Shown piece after piece: positions 63,281 through 64,000 of a stretch of DNA of 64,000 nucleotides. Below the pieces are notes generated by a model, which searched no databases, was not told the DNA's origin, and saw only the letters and a list, made by a program, of their open reading frames with translations. Position numbers and translations under genes: made by a program. Numbering within the stretch: position 1 is the stretch's first letter; every line of letters starts with the position of its first letter. The DNA is taken from positions 7,067 through 71,066 of the forward strand of contig SHVF01000002.1 in NCBI GenBank assembly GCA_009691135.1, in the 5' to 3' direction. Origin of the DNA: Candidatus Planktophila sp. (GTDB lineage: Bacteria; Actinomycetota; Actinomycetes; Nanopelagicales; Nanopelagicaceae).

Positions 63281-63753
63281 TGAAATCTAGACTTGCTGCT
63301 GTAATTGTAATGTCACTAGTACTACTAACTGGATGTGGAGATAAAGAAGTGAGCTCAAGTGCAGATAATTTGCCAACTGTTACAACCAATCAAGGTGAGG
63401 CTCCAACAGTTGGTGCACCATCGGGTGATGCCCCAACGACCTTGGTAACTAAAGACATCATCGTCGGCACAGGTGCGGAAGCGCTTCCAACTTCGACAAT
63501 GACAGTTCATTACACGCTTATGACTTGGTCTAACGGCAAGTTAATCGAATCTTCTTGGACCAGCGGATCACCGGCCACATTCCCACTTGCAAATGTAATT
63601 GTGGGCTGGCAACAAGGAATTCCTGGAATGAAAGTCGGCGGCCGTCGCTTGCTCGTTATTCCATCTGATCTGGGTTATGGCGCCCAAGGCGGTGGACCTA
63701 TTGGTCCAAATGAAACCTTGATATTCGTCGTTGACGCGATCGGTGTTGCTTAA
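63280..63753 (+). CDS. FKBP-type peptidyl-prolyl isomerase lipoprotein
   Basis: Lipobox LTGC; VHY, VI.GW..G..GMKVGGRR and IP..LGYG motifs. Confidence 0.92.
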
Positions 63754-63809
63754 AACTCAAAGAATTGAGGAGGTCTGCGCAACACTTCATCACGCGCTAG
63801 ACTAAGGGT

Positions 63810-63937
63810 GTTGTTTTTCGGGGTCGATGTAATTTCGAACCGGCAGTTAAAGTCTGCGACCCGGTCAAGGCCATTGACCGGTTGATTGGGTGAAATTCCC
63901 GAACCGACGGTTAAAGTCCGGATGAGAGAAAATCAAC
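63810..63937 (+). ncRNA. FMN riboswitch (RFN element)
   Basis: TTCGGGG...ACCGGCAGTTAAAGTCTGCGA...GGTGAAATTCC.AACCGACGGTTAAAGTCCGGATGAGAGAA; P1 GTTGTTTT/AAAATCAAC; TAGACT -10 at 63798. Confidence 0.93.
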
Positions 63938-64000
63938 GCGTAGTCAACGCAAGCTTTGTTATTAGTTTTTAACAAAGTTTTGGTGCGTTGGCTCGTACCG

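Overview
A gene-dense, housekeeping-dominated segment of a streamlined actinobacterial chromosome with low GC (mid-40s % by eye). It is most consistent with freshwater acI / Candidatus Nanopelagicales (Planktophila-like); this is inferred from gene content, very short spacers and composition. It contains compacted versions of conserved actinomycete blocks: accA-maf-accE-accD/birA-purKE; a cell-envelope glycan locus (ugd, LCP, GT2, wzm/wzt, SpoIID); dapD/LOG/DUF3117/pepA/O-MT/htrA/tatB/mrp; DEAD-box helicase/TetR/moeZ/mshB/cysS; fdxA-dapC-manC-whiB2-GT2-manB-ahcY-mtrAB-comF-secA; pdtaS-whiB1-tRNA-Arg(CCG); msrAB-malY-FAD oxidoreductase-metB; hpf, terC, argG, an FKBP and a terminal FMN riboswitch. 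I saw no mobile elements, CRISPR arrays or defence systems. The main oddities are: (1) a start-less but intact HATPase_c domain in frame right after the hpf amber stop; (2) a phosphomannomutase whose conserved N-terminus has no in-frame canonical start; (3) a non-actinomycete-type AhcY at the native locus, behind a structured leader; (4) a stand-alone sigma region-4 mini-protein near a locus that lacks sigE-rseA; (5) pervasive leaderless promoters, including an overlapping bidirectional -10 and -10 boxes built on upstream stop codons; (6) two degenerate ParA/MinD-like proteins. Most start codons were refined by eye and no database searches were run.
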